DNA of 64,000 nucleotides from NCBI GenBank assembly GCA_000092065.1, contig CP000585.1, one strand, 5' to 3'. The stretch comes from Ostreococcus lucimarinus. Its lineage: Eukaryota. Shown one piece after another: positions 19,571-29,756 of this stretch; the stretch's first letter is position 1; the number at the start of each line of letters is the position of its first letter. The notes under the pieces were generated by a model. It worked only from the letters and a program-made list of their open reading frames with translations. It made no database searches and was not told the DNA's origin. A program made the translations under genes and the position numbers.

Positions 19571-20716
19571 CTACGCCCGAGGGTCCTCGTCAACCTTTGC
19601 GAAGTTCGTGGCGACCTTTTGTCGCAAGAAGTCGGCGTATCGCACCTCGCGCGGAGATGAGTAACCCGATTCCAAAGCACTTTGATCCGTGAGATGCCTG
19701 TTCGATATCACAGCGTCGTAGTTGGGTTCATAAAAGAACGCAATCGAAATACGAGGACGCGCGCAGTTTTCGTCGCTCGGCTTTCGGACGACGCGATGCC
19801 GGGTGGCTTTGAGACTGTCGTCCGTGAAGAGCTGAAGCATCTCGCCAACGTTACAGACCATGTGTTCTGGATGGTGAGGAACATCGATAATCTTGCCTGA
19901 TACTTCGATTTGTAAGCCTGGATGCGTGGCGTGAATGAAAGTCAGCAAACCGTAGTCGGTGTGCCAACCGCACGAAGTTTTCTCGCCATCGGAATCGCAA
20001 CCGGGCGAGTTTATGAGCCGTAAGATCCAAAACGGACATCCCGCGATGTCATCCTCGAGTATGTCCTCTGTGAAGTCGTCCGCTATGCGATAGTGGAGGT
20101 ATTCTTTCCGAATCGCGCCCAATAGCGCGCGCAAAATATATTTACCAATGCGCGTCATCCCTTTCGCGTATCTGTCGACGCGCTCGTTCAAATCGTTCGG
20201 ACCAATGTACGGATGCGGCGCGCGCAAACCACCATCACTAACGGCACACGGTCGATAAAAATCAATGGCTTCGTGCTGATCTCGTCTCCCATTCGTCACA
20301 TTCTCCCCTATTCGTTGATATCCTCTTCCGTTCGTCATCGCGTACGCGTCCTTGTCAGCCTGTTTCTGTGAAAACCACGCGTCGACGTGTGCAAAGGTCA
20401 AATCTTTCCCCTCGATCAGACACCCTTCTGACCGGTCATGCCGCGCGTACTCCCAGAGAAAGTCGTCGGGCAAATCATCACGGGTGTTCAGCGTTAACAG
20501 GTCAACGACGTCGGCCCACGGGATTGATTCCTTTTGAATGGTGCATACGATGGAAAAGAAGCCGAACCGTTCGCACGCGGCGAGAAGCGCTCGACCGACC
20601 TCGCGTCGTCGGGCAAGAATGAAGCGAACGTCCTCGTTCGGATCGCCGGCGCTGAGTAAAGGGCCGACATCGATGACGGGGTACTCGGACGCTGCGTCTT
20701 CGCGCGCGGCGGGCAT
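19571..20716 (-). CDS. 2-oxoglutarate/Fe(II)-dependent dioxygenase (isopenicillin-N-synthase-like superfamily)
   Basis: ATG at 20716..20714 (the track start is GTG). HxD (WHTDYGLLTF)...H (ATRHRVV) facial triad. DIOX_N-like N-terminus YPVIDVGPL. Confidence 0.65.
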   Translation of the reverse strand: MPAAREDAASEYPVIDVGPLLSAGDPNEDVRFILARRREVGRALLAACERFGFFSIVCTIQKESIPWADVVDLLTLNTRDDLPDDFLWEYARHDRSEGCLIEGKDLTFAHVDAWFSQKQADKDAYAMTNGRGYQRIGENVTNGRRDQHEAIDFYRPCAVSDGGLRAPHPYIGPNDLNERVDRYAKGMTRIGKYILRALLGAIRKEYLHYRIADDFTEDILEDDIAGCPFWILRLINSPGCDSDGEKTSCGWHTDYGLLTFIHATHPGLQIEVSGKIIDVPHHPEHMVCNVGEMLQLFTDDSLKATRHRVVRKPSDENCARPRISIAFFYEPNYDAVISNRHLTDQSALESGYSSPREVRYADFLRQKVATNFAKVDEDPRA

Positions 20717-20813
20717 GCCGTCGAAAGCCGCCGCCGCGCGAGGCGCGTACTGACGCACGAAGGCTCGGTCAAAGCGTCTATACGTATCACAAGGGCATAT
20801 TCGAGAGCAACTA

Positions 20814-22238
20814 TCAGTTTGGTCGTTCGGAGTAATCGAGAGTGGTCCAATCGTCGAGATCGAGGAGCGCCAAGACGTCTAAAATTTGCTCGTCCTCGAC
20901 GTCTACAATTTCCTCGTCCTCGACGTCCTCGACGTCATCTGTGGCGGGTGGTTCTTCGGGTGAGTCAATCAACGTCGACGTCGACGGCTCGCCAGTCGTC
21001 TTTTTCTTGTTCTTCTTTTTCTTCTTAGAGGGTGCGGGGGATATGACTCGTGGTACGTCATCCTTTGCCAGCGCTTCGGCGTCCATGCGTCTGACTGCTT
21101 CGTCGGTGAGCTCGGCCATGGCGAGCGCGCTTTCCATGACGGCGTTCAAGCGTTCTCGGGGCCAAGCTCTAGGTTCTGTCTTCAGGTACACCACAATTGC
21201 TTCGAAGTCGTCGAGTTTGAGTAAATCCACCGCGGCTTCGTTCAGAAAGGATATACAGATGCGCATGATGAGCGACGGAGAACGTTGCGCTAAGAGACAG
21301 TCCATGACGCGTCCACTGAATCGAACGGGAAAGTCAGAAGCAAAGGCAGACATGAACCACCCCGACGCGTATAACACAGGTGCAACGTCATGCTTTTCTA
21401 AGTGTTGCGCCAGTGTAGCGTTCTTCACGCGAAGTACGACGGCGAGTTGGCGTAGACGCGTCTTCAAGCCTTCCATCGAGCGTAGGTACATCGAGCGGAA
21501 ATCGCTGCTCTCCATGAGCGTGACGAACGCCGCGAACGCACGATTTTCGGATAGGTATATCAGAAGCACGCCCGCGACGAAAGCCATGCCTTGGCAGTAA
21601 CCAACTTTTGTGTCGTGTATCGCGTACGCCTTCAGTATGTTGGCCAACGCCCGTCGCCCGTCGGCGCCCTTCGTCGTCGCCGCGGCGAAAAATTCATGAT
21701 TCGGAAACGTCCTCGACAGATCCCGCTCGATAGCCGCACCGACGTTCTCGTCCCAGCCTTTCGATGCTTTAACGCACGCACCATCCCCAGCGCTCGTCTC
21801 CGCCACGCGCGCGCGTTCGCTCTTCGCCTCGAAGGCCTCTCGCAACACTTCGTAGTACCCGCCGTCCGCCGTCAGCACCGCCGCCATGTCGTCCAAGATA
21901 TCGCCCTCCGCGCCGTCGCTCGAGCTCGCCAATCCGTGCCCACCCTCGCGCTCGGCGCGATCGAGCAGGGACTCCCACAACTGCGTCCGCATGAACCCGG
22001 GCGAGTCGGCGTAACAGTTCGCGCCCACTTGCAAATCACAAAGTTCATCCGTCTCCAACTCCCGATTCTTTCGACTCAGCGTCGCCGCGTGCTGCAGCGC
22101 GCGACCGAGCCGTTCGCCAAACTCTCCGCCAACCTTTCCGAGCGCGCTCGTCGTCGATTTCGCCGCGCGCGCGCGTATCGTGGCGTCGTTTATCAGTGAA
22201 TTAAGCCCAGCCGACGCGCGTTCGAAAAAGTTCGGCAT
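20814..22238 (-). CDS. TBC-domain Rab GTPase-activating protein
   Basis: ATG at 22238..22236. Arg-finger IERDLSRTFP and Gln-finger YCQGMAFVAG motifs. C-terminal poly-Lys tract. Confidence 0.75.
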   Translation of the reverse strand: MPNFFERASAGLNSLINDATIRARAAKSTTSALGKVGGEFGERLGRALQHAATLSRKNRELETDELCDLQVGANCYADSPGFMRTQLWESLLDRAEREGGHGLASSSDGAEGDILDDMAAVLTADGGYYEVLREAFEAKSERARVAETSAGDGACVKASKGWDENVGAAIERDLSRTFPNHEFFAAATTKGADGRRALANILKAYAIHDTKVGYCQGMAFVAGVLLIYLSENRAFAAFVTLMESSDFRSMYLRSMEGLKTRLRQLAVVLRVKNATLAQHLEKHDVAPVLYASGWFMSAFASDFPVRFSGRVMDCLLAQRSPSLIMRICISFLNEAAVDLLKLDDFEAIVVYLKTEPRAWPRERLNAVMESALAMAELTDEAVRRMDAEALAKDDVPRVISPAPSKKKKKNKKKTTGEPSTSTLIDSPEEPPATDDVEDVEDEEIVDVEDEQILDVLALLDLDDWTTLDYSERPN

Positions 22239-22369
22239 GGCGCCGTCGCGTCGCGTCGCGCGTCGTCGACGCGCGCGATTCGCGCCGCGATATCGTCGAC
22301 GAAATTAATCCCGCGTCGCGCGAGCGCGCGCCGCGAGATGACGATTGCAAACGCGTTTGCTACGAGTCT

Positions 22370-22888
22370 CTAACCGCCGGCGAGCGGCCACACCTCCGCG
22401 ACGCACGCGGGCTCGGAATCGTCCCTGAACTCCGTGCCGCATCCTCGACAGTGCGCGACGTACACCGCGTACCGCCCGGTCTCTCGATCGAGCGGGACGA
22501 ACGCGCAGCTCTTCTGCCGTTGCTTGTCGCGCGCGACAAAGGCGCCCGAGCCGTCGTCCTCGTCGAGCGCGAACGCGGTGACGCACGACAGCGCGGGCAC
22601 CGGCACGCCGCACCAGCACCAGATCGCGTCCGTGCATCCGTCGCCGCACGAGACGTTGTAGGCGCAGATCGGACAGGCGCGGCAGACCGCGCGGCAGGCG
22701 CCCCCGCACTCGTCGCCGGTGCCACCGCGGCAGCGATGGAAACCGCGAAAATCGCGCGCCGTCGTTCGACCGAGCGCGCGCGCGCGCGCGGTCGCCTCGG
22801 CGTACGTCGGGTCGCGCTCTTCCACGCCTTTGCGCATGTCGAGGGCGTCGGGCGCGCGCGTGCGCGTCGTCGACTTCGCGTCAGTCAT
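22370..22888 (-). CDS. Hypothetical cysteine-rich small protein (about 24 Cys in 172 aa)
   Basis: ATG at 22888..22886. Cys clusters CRGGTGDECGGACRAVCRACPICAYNVSCGDGCTDAIWCWCG and CRGCG. No family recognised. Confidence 0.3.
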   Translation of the reverse strand: MTDAKSTTRTRAPDALDMRKGVEERDPTYAEATARARALGRTTARDFRGFHRCRGGTGDECGGACRAVCRACPICAYNVSCGDGCTDAIWCWCGVPVPALSCVTAFALDEDDGSGAFVARDKQRQKSCAFVPLDRETGRYAVYVAHCRGCGTEFRDDSEPACVAEVWPLAGG

Positions 22889-22951
22889 GGAACAACATGC
22901 GAACCGTCGAGTGGCGTCTAAAGGCGAGCGCGACCGCGAGTGTTTTGGTAT

Positions 22952-25678
22952 TCAATCACCGGACGCGACCAACTCTTCTATGATGGCTTGCATCGCGCGC
23001 GTCTCGTCCTTGGCGTCGGGCTTGGCTTGATCGCCCTCGGCGAGAATCGTGCTGCCGAGGTTCAGCTTTTGCTCGGCGATGGCGACGATTTTTTCATCGA
23101 CGCTGCCTTCGGTGACGAGACGGTAGACGGTGACTGTCTTCGTTTGGCCGAGACGGTGGCAACGGTCTTCGGCTTGACGATCTATCTGTGGGTTGAAGTC
23201 GCAGTCGTGCAAGATGACGGTGTCGGCGCCGGTGAGGTTTAAGCCTTGGCCGCCGGCGCGCGTGGATAGGATGAAAGTGTCGAGGTATGAATCCTTGGCG
23301 TTGAATCTGTCGACCAACTCTTGTCTGTTATCCACCGCGGTGTCTCCGTCAAGTCGGGCGTATTTCCAACCCATGTGATGAAGGACCCACTCTAGGATGT
23401 CGAGCATGATTTTCCACTGAGAAAATATCAGCGGGCGAGAGCCTTTCGCCTTCAACTCGACGAGAAGTTCCTGCAAGCGTTGCACCTTAGCGCTCTGCAA
23501 ACCGATCTCGGGGTCCAGCATCTTGTCCTTAAGCGCGCCGTCAAGCATGTAATCGCCGCAGAGCTGATGTAAACCGAAATCGCTCAAGCCGCTCACGTGC
23601 TCCTTGACGCGCTCGAGTCGAGCGTCGGGGCCGAAAACTCGTTTTTTGTGACAGATGTCGGCGATTTCAATCAAGTCCTCGTCGGTGTATTCGTTTCGCA
23701 CGAGTAAAGGATGATTCGCAACCTTGCGTAAATGCACGAAAATTGCTTTCAACCTTGACTGGGCCAAACCGATGCCATTCGCACTTCGCGCCTTGCCTTC
23801 TAACGCCTCACGACGAATTCGATCGACGGCGAGCTTATATGCCTCAGCTTGTCTTCCGCTCATCGCGATGACATCCTTCACTTGCACCTTCGGCGCCAAT
23901 TGCTTCGCGACAGTTTCTTTGAGGCGTCTGAGCACGAAAGGTTCCAGAATGCGTCGCACTTTCTTGACCCTACGTTCGGATTGGTCGTCTTCTTCGAGGC
24001 CCTCGCCAAGTTCGCCGTGTTTCAGTAAGCCTGGTAACACGAATTCAATCAACGCCTCGAGTTCGCGAAGGTTGTTTTGAAGAGGAGTTCCGGTGAGCAG
24101 GAGACGATAGTGCGCCTTGCGCGCCGTTCTTGTCAACCTTATTGTTCTCTGCGCGTCTCTGTTCTTTAGCAAGTGCGCCTCGTCTAGGATTAAGTGAGAA
24201 AACTCCATGCGTTGTAACCACGAACGATTATCTTGCGACTCGATAGAGTCACGTTCGAATAAAGAATAGCAAACAATGATGACGTCGTAGCAGCATTCGC
24301 CGGTTCGCTCTCGATGATATTCTTCCGTTTGTCGGACGTCTGCGCGACTTTCGCCGTGAAACACACCAACGCGCATATTTGGGGCCCACATGCCGAGTTC
24401 ACGCTTCCAGTTTTCCAGAAGACTCGCCGGAGAGACTACGAGGACGGGATTTGGCTTGGAGACCACGCGCGGCCAACGCACGCCGTTCTCGGCAAGCGCG
24501 CCAGTGTCTGGGTGATATCGACTCGTCGCTATGAACGCAATCGCTTGGGCGGTCTTTCCAAGACCCATTTCGTCTGCCAAGATAGCGCCTGGAATCGCGT
24601 TTTGCTGTAAAAGCATGAGAAAGTTTACGCCGACCATTTGATACGGTTTAAGATTGACCGAAAACGTTCCGCTGTCCATACCTCCCGTCGCCTCGACGAC
24701 GTTGTCAACTGAAAACACTGGCAATCGACCATTCTCAGCGTGCGCCGCTTCCTTCAGCGTATTTCGCAACCGCTTCGACATGTTCTTACACTCTTCGTAC
24801 GCTCGGTCCTCATCCTCCGTCGCGTCTCCCCCGGCGTTTTTCCAATCCTCCTGATCCGGACGATAATCATCAAACTCATCATCCTCTCGCTGCATGACGT
24901 AGTCTTCGCGCTGTCTGTAACTTGGCGCGCCTCTCGCGTCCCTAGCTTCCTGCGCGAGCGCGTCCAGCCGCGCCTTAGTTTCGCTCCTTTGCCTCGCGCC
25001 TGCGTCCTCTTCTTCGCTCTCCTCGTCCGACGTGCTTCCGCTATCGCTATCTTCATCCTCCGATCGCACGACCGCTCTCGCCGCAACCGGCTTCTTCACG
25101 CTAAACTTCAACGTAGGCTTCGTTCCCGGGGGATAGCGCTTCGGGTCGACGTTCTTTAACACCACGCCCTTCACCGCCGGCGCCCGAAATCTGCTCGCCA
25201 CGGGATTCGTAGAAAAATCCTCCGCGTAGTGCGCCCCCCCTCCGCCGAATCCCGCGCCCTCGTCCTCATCGCTCGCGCTTCCAAGCGACGACTCGCTCGC
25301 CGCGTCCGCATCGCTCTCTTCCGCCATCTCGCTCTCGCTCGCGTCTTCGCTCAAATCCTCGTCGTCGTCCGCCAGGAAGGAATCGTCGTCGCCGCCGCCC
25401 GCCTCCCGCGCTCTCTTCCTCGACTGCGTCTTCGCCTTCGTCTCCCCCTTCCGCATCCAGGGCGGCGACGACTGCGACGGCGCGTCTAACGATCCGACCG
25501 CGCGCGTCTCCGCGCCTTCGTCGCCGCCGACGCGCGCTAAAACACCGTTCGAGTGTCGAAACTCGTCGAAGACGGCGTCGTCATCTTGCGCCGGTCGCGC
25601 GCGGTTTTCGTCGTCGCTCGCGGGATCGGCGTCGCGCGCGCGCGAGGGATCGATCGGGGCGAGCGCGGCGGCGTCCAT
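22952..25678 (-). CDS. SNF2-family chromatin-remodelling ATPase, Fun30/SMARCAD1/ETL1-like
   Basis: ATG at 25678..25676 (the track start is TTG). LKPYQMVGVNFL...DEMGLGKT...DEAHLLKN. Helicase-C FILSTRAGGQGLNLTGADTVILHDCDFNPQIDRQAEDRCHRLGQTKTVTVYRLV. Acidic N-terminus, short C-terminus. Confidence 0.8.
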   Translation of the reverse strand: MDAAALAPIDPSRARDADPASDDENRARPAQDDDAVFDEFRHSNGVLARVGGDEGAETRAVGSLDAPSQSSPPWMRKGETKAKTQSRKRAREAGGGDDDSFLADDDEDLSEDASESEMAEESDADAASESSLGSASDEDEGAGFGGGGAHYAEDFSTNPVASRFRAPAVKGVVLKNVDPKRYPPGTKPTLKFSVKKPVAARAVVRSEDEDSDSGSTSDEESEEEDAGARQRSETKARLDALAQEARDARGAPSYRQREDYVMQREDDEFDDYRPDQEDWKNAGGDATEDEDRAYEECKNMSKRLRNTLKEAAHAENGRLPVFSVDNVVEATGGMDSGTFSVNLKPYQMVGVNFLMLLQQNAIPGAILADEMGLGKTAQAIAFIATSRYHPDTGALAENGVRWPRVVSKPNPVLVVSPASLLENWKRELGMWAPNMRVGVFHGESRADVRQTEEYHRERTGECCYDVIIVCYSLFERDSIESQDNRSWLQRMEFSHLILDEAHLLKNRDAQRTIRLTRTARKAHYRLLLTGTPLQNNLRELEALIEFVLPGLLKHGELGEGLEEDDQSERRVKKVRRILEPFVLRRLKETVAKQLAPKVQVKDVIAMSGRQAEAYKLAVDRIRREALEGKARSANGIGLAQSRLKAIFVHLRKVANHPLLVRNEYTDEDLIEIADICHKKRVFGPDARLERVKEHVSGLSDFGLHQLCGDYMLDGALKDKMLDPEIGLQSAKVQRLQELLVELKAKGSRPLIFSQWKIMLDILEWVLHHMGWKYARLDGDTAVDNRQELVDRFNAKDSYLDTFILSTRAGGQGLNLTGADTVILHDCDFNPQIDRQAEDRCHRLGQTKTVTVYRLVTEGSVDEKIVAIAEQKLNLGSTILAEGDQAKPDAKDETRAMQAIIEELVASGD

Positions 25679-25852
25679 CGCGCGCGCGAGCGGTCGGACG
25701 CGCGCGCGCGGCGAGGTCTGACGCCGACGTGGGGTGGGCGCGGCCGGGGCTGGGCTGGTTTGAATCTCGGCGCGAAGACGAGGGCGACGACGACGCGGCG
25801 AAGAGGACGCGGCGATGCGGTGAATAAAATACAACGGCCCGAATGCGGGCGG

Positions 25853-27253
25853 TCAATCGTCGTCGGAGTCATCGGTGTCGGAGACGAAGTGAATCGCGGC
25901 GGGAGAGCGGTCGGCGAGCGCGGCGGTGGGCTGCGCGGAGCAGCCGCGGCCGTCGACGCCGACGAGGGCGCGGGTGCCGTCGTAGGTGCGTTCGAGCGAC
26001 TTTCCGAGCTCGTAGACGAGCTCAGACGTGCGACTGGCGGTGAACGAGATGTAGTCGAACACGCCGAACGGCTTCGGGGACTTGCGATGGGGATTGGCTT
26101 CGCCGAGCGCGGCGTGATGGACCTCGAGAACGTCGAGCGTGCGCTCGCGGAGCGACGACGCGACGCGAATGAGACCGCCGGCGTAGGACGCCAAGGCGGC
26201 CAAAGCCACGTTGTCGTTCCTCGCGAGTTTCATCTGTTGGAGTGAAGTGAACTCGGCGTTGGGGTATCTCGCATAGAGCACTCTGCGGTACGCGCTCGAG
26301 TTTCGAAGTCGTCGAGCGAGCGTCTTCGCGCGAGAACCGTGTCCCCAAGTCTTCAGAGTTTCCAACGAGTCGATCGTTTGTTGCTCCTTCAACTTCGCAC
26401 TCCACACCGCTTCCGCTTTTTCTAGCGCGTCTAATTGCGCTACGACGTCGATGTCGCTCATCACCGCGTGTTCTTCCGTCAAATCGCTCCCCCAGAAGGA
26501 CTCGCGATCCGCCAACGCCTCGGGATCGAACCCGTAACTCACGCTCAGTTCGTTGTACAAACGCACCCCTATCGTCTCTTTCGCGTTCGCCTGCAACGAT
26601 TCTTGCCACGCCGCCGGCACCGGCATCGCTTCTATGCTCAATAACGATATCCTCGTCGCCCCTTCGATGACGCCTCGAATCCACTGCGACGCGCCGATGA
26701 CCTTCTTATACTCCTCCTTGGACAACCCATTGGGAGATTTCAGCGTCGGTTTCGGCGCTTTAACCTCCAACACCACCCCGTTCCACTCCCTCGCCACTTC
26801 ATACGCGCTCGCGTACGTGAACGCGCCGTCATCGTCCGAAAACGACGCCGCCGCGTTCGCCAACTGCTTATCCAACGCCCGCAGGCATTCCCAGTGCTCG
26901 CGCAGCGTCTCTCCGCTCCGTCCGCGCTCTCCGGACGACGGCGACGGCATGGACTCCCTCTCACTCCCGGGCATCGCCACCGACCCAACGCTCGGCGCCG
27001 CTTCGCACGCCCGCGCGTACGCGTCGTCCAACGTCTTCGCCGCGCTCGCGCGCGCCTCGCTCGCCGCCGCCCGCAGCAGCGGCACCCGTCCCCATCCTCG
27101 CGCGCACGCCTCCGCGACCGTCTCCGACGTCTCGCGCGCGTCGCGCGCGTCGCGCTCTCGCCGCGCGTCGCTCGTCGGCGTTCGAGGCGTCGCGCGTTCG
27201 CGTCGCGTCGTCGATCCGTCGTCGGCCGCGCCGGCGGCAATCGGCGTCGTCAT
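25853..27253 (-). CDS. Hypothetical protein (conserved-looking alpha/beta region, no family recognised)
   Basis: ATG at 27253..27251. The 330 track codons upstream of it are Ser/Ala/Arg-rich antisense of the divergent neighbour. Confidence 0.4.
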   Translation of the reverse strand: MTTPIAAGAADDGSTTRRERATPRTPTSDARRERDARDARETSETVAEACARGWGRVPLLRAAASEARASAAKTLDDAYARACEAAPSVGSVAMPGSERESMPSPSSGERGRSGETLREHWECLRALDKQLANAAASFSDDDGAFTYASAYEVAREWNGVVLEVKAPKPTLKSPNGLSKEEYKKVIGASQWIRGVIEGATRISLLSIEAMPVPAAWQESLQANAKETIGVRLYNELSVSYGFDPEALADRESFWGSDLTEEHAVMSDIDVVAQLDALEKAEAVWSAKLKEQQTIDSLETLKTWGHGSRAKTLARRLRNSSAYRRVLYARYPNAEFTSLQQMKLARNDNVALAALASYAGGLIRVASSLRERTLDVLEVHHAALGEANPHRKSPKPFGVFDYISFTASRTSELVYELGKSLERTYDGTRALVGVDGRGCSAQPTAALADRSPAAIHFVSDTDDSDDD

Positions 27254-27326
27254 CGCGCGCGCGTCTCGCGTCGCCGGCGCCGCGTCGCACGCGACCGCGC
27301 GCGCGCGATCCGGACCGTCGTCGCGC

Positions 27327-27357
<31 letters not shown>

Positions 27358-27416
27358 CGCCGCGGACGCGCGCGCGCGCGAGCGAGCGACGCCAAGTAAC
27401 GACGTAACGACCGCAC

Positions 27417-29669
27417 ATGACGACGCGCGAACCGACGACGTGGCGCGACGTCGACGCGCGCGACGTCGGCGCGCGCGCGCGCGCGCTCGCCGATCGTCGA
27501 CGTCGACGCGATGCGACGCGCGGCGCGTCGTCGAGCGCGCCGGACGCGCGACGCGCGAGCGATTCGTCGCGCGTGGAGGACGCGCTGGGATTCGAAGGCG
27601 TCGACGCCGTCGCGCTCGTCGAGCGCGCGCGCGCGACGGCGGGCGAAGACGTCGACGCGTGGGATGAGAAACGCGCGCGCCGCGCGACGCTGGCGAGGAT
27701 GACGACGACGGAGGAGGGGTTCGACGCGAGGGCGTATCTCGTCGCGGCGCACGGCGAGCGAACGCGCGAAGAGCTGGCGAGAGGGGCGACGAGGCTGGAG
27801 GCGGAGATCGACGCGGTGCGGGCGTCGACGCGAATGTCGGCGGCGGAGGAGTTGCCGACGGTGCTGGCGTGCTTGGACGCGATGGAGGACGCGAGAGGGG
27901 TGCTGCGAAGAGGGCGAGAGGAGGCGGGCGAATTCGGCGCGACGGCGGAGTTGGAGGCGCGACTGTCGCGAGCGTGGAAGAGCGCGAGGGAGAGCTTGAG
28001 GGAGGTCTTTGCGATCGAGGAGAGACGGGAGAAGATTGCGCGCGCGCTCGAGGCGATGGAGCGGCACGAGGACGTGTTCGGGATTCCGGGAGCGGTGCGA
28101 GAAGCGCTGTCGCGAGGAGAGTACGCGCGCGCGGCGGAGACGTATCGTCGCGCGCGCGCGGCTTTCAGCGGCAAACGCTCGCGCGTCTTAGATGCGGTCT
28201 TGGATGAAGTCGAAGAAAACGTGAAATCCGCGGAGGAGCGCATGTACGAACGCTTGTACGTGGGAGACCTCGACGACGCTCACGCGGAAAGAATCGTCAC
28301 GGCGCTGCAGACGTTGAAACTTTGCAGGCCCGCGTTGACGTCGAGTCAGGGTGAAGTCACGGCTGCCGGTAATGCCGTGCATATTTATTTAGATAGATTA
28401 GTGGAGTACGCGTGCGAGGAACTGACGAACACGGCCTCGAGCGATGACTTTGACGTCGAGACGCTCAGTCGAGGATATCGCGCGCTTTTCGTTCGCGTCT
28501 GGCGCTTCGTGACTCTCATGGACACGTGTGCGTCGTCATACGCGCGTGATGCGTCGACTAAGATCCAATCGGTATACGTTGGTTTCATGAAATCCAGGTT
28601 TGACAACAGTCTCAACAAGCGGACAATTGAAACTGACGCCGAGCAAGCGAATCGTCGCTTTGACGTCTTAATTGACAAGTGCGCGAAAATGTCTTGCATC
28701 GGCTTTTCGTTATCGTATTCATACGATATTCTTGGCACGCGATTAAGCTTACAACCGGACTTGCTCGAGGCACTGCAGCAACAATACACGCGTTTTAGCG
28801 TCAGTTTGCGCGTGCACTTGGAACAAGCGCTCAAGTTGGCGGCGCAACCGCTCGCGCAAGACCAACGCCTCGAGACGACCACACAGTCGTTCTTCCGTGA
28901 TGCACGCGTCGTATTTCAAATCACCGCGGAATACTGGCTCGATGAGCGGTTCACGCCTTGGATGATCAACGCCGGTTCACGAGACGTGGGAAGTTTGATT
29001 GACACCTTTTACGACGCTGCTCGCTCGCTCGTGGCGCTGGCACGCGAACTTCGGCGTGGTCCGTTGGCGTCGTTGGCCGCTCTGAAACAGATCGAAAATT
29101 GGTGCGCGGTATTTTTCGATGAGTTCAATTTTACTGGGACCGGAATAGGTAACGAGGCGAATCGCGTGGCGTTCAGAGACGACATCTCACGAACCACGCA
29201 AATGTTTCTGGACGAATTTGTCGGTGGCGAAATGAGCGCAATTATCGTCGCAGTGCGCCGTTGGTTCGCAGCACCGGTGGAGAAAACGTTAGAATCACGC
29301 CCGGAATGCGTCGATGTCTTGCATCGGGTGCGTTCAACGTACGAGTCTGCGACGTCCACGGTGCCCGAACTCGCCACGGCCATCTCGCAAGACATCGCGG
29401 CGCGACTCGTCGACGCGTTACGCTCCGAGTTCACCTCGAATCTCAGTCAGCTTAGACCGACGGCGAGTACACTTCGCGTAGAGTTCGAGCTTTTGAAGCT
29501 CGCGCTGGACGCGCGCTCGACGAAACAGGCGCGAGACGGCGCGTCTCGTCTCGTCGATTTGGCGGCGCGCGTCGCCCCCGACGACGACGCCATCGCGCGC
29601 GCGCGGGCAATCGCCAACGACGCTCAAAAACACAAACACCTCCTTGTCGCGCTCGGGAGATTAGCCTAG
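27417..29669 (+). CDS. Hypothetical large alpha-helical protein (possibly a vesicle-tethering/exocyst-like subunit; not confidently assigned)
   Basis: ATG at 27417. 750-codon ORF with non-repetitive helical composition after an Arg/Asp-rich N-terminus. Confidence 0.5.
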   Translation: MTTREPTTWRDVDARDVGARARALADRRRRRDATRGASSSAPDARRASDSSRVEDALGFEGVDAVALVERARATAGEDVDAWDEKRARRATLARMTTTEEGFDARAYLVAAHGERTREELARGATRLEAEIDAVRASTRMSAAEELPTVLACLDAMEDARGVLRRGREEAGEFGATAELEARLSRAWKSARESLREVFAIEERREKIARALEAMERHEDVFGIPGAVREALSRGEYARAAETYRRARAAFSGKRSRVLDAVLDEVEENVKSAEERMYERLYVGDLDDAHAERIVTALQTLKLCRPALTSSQGEVTAAGNAVHIYLDRLVEYACEELTNTASSDDFDVETLSRGYRALFVRVWRFVTLMDTCASSYARDASTKIQSVYVGFMKSRFDNSLNKRTIETDAEQANRRFDVLIDKCAKMSCIGFSLSYSYDILGTRLSLQPDLLEALQQQYTRFSVSLRVHLEQALKLAAQPLAQDQRLETTTQSFFRDARVVFQITAEYWLDERFTPWMINAGSRDVGSLIDTFYDAARSLVALARELRRGPLASLAALKQIENWCAVFFDEFNFTGTGIGNEANRVAFRDDISRTTQMFLDEFVGGEMSAIIVAVRRWFAAPVEKTLESRPECVDVLHRVRSTYESATSTVPELATAISQDIAARLVDALRSEFTSNLSQLRPTASTLRVEFELLKLALDARSTKQARDGASRLVDLAARVAPDDDAIARARAIANDAQKHKHLLVALGRLA

Positions 29670-29756
29670 CTTTTAGTAGTAAGTAGCTCACAATCGCCGC
29701 GTCCCGCTCGACGTCCCGCTCCACCGTCGCCGCACAGCGCGGCCGCGCGAGGCGGC

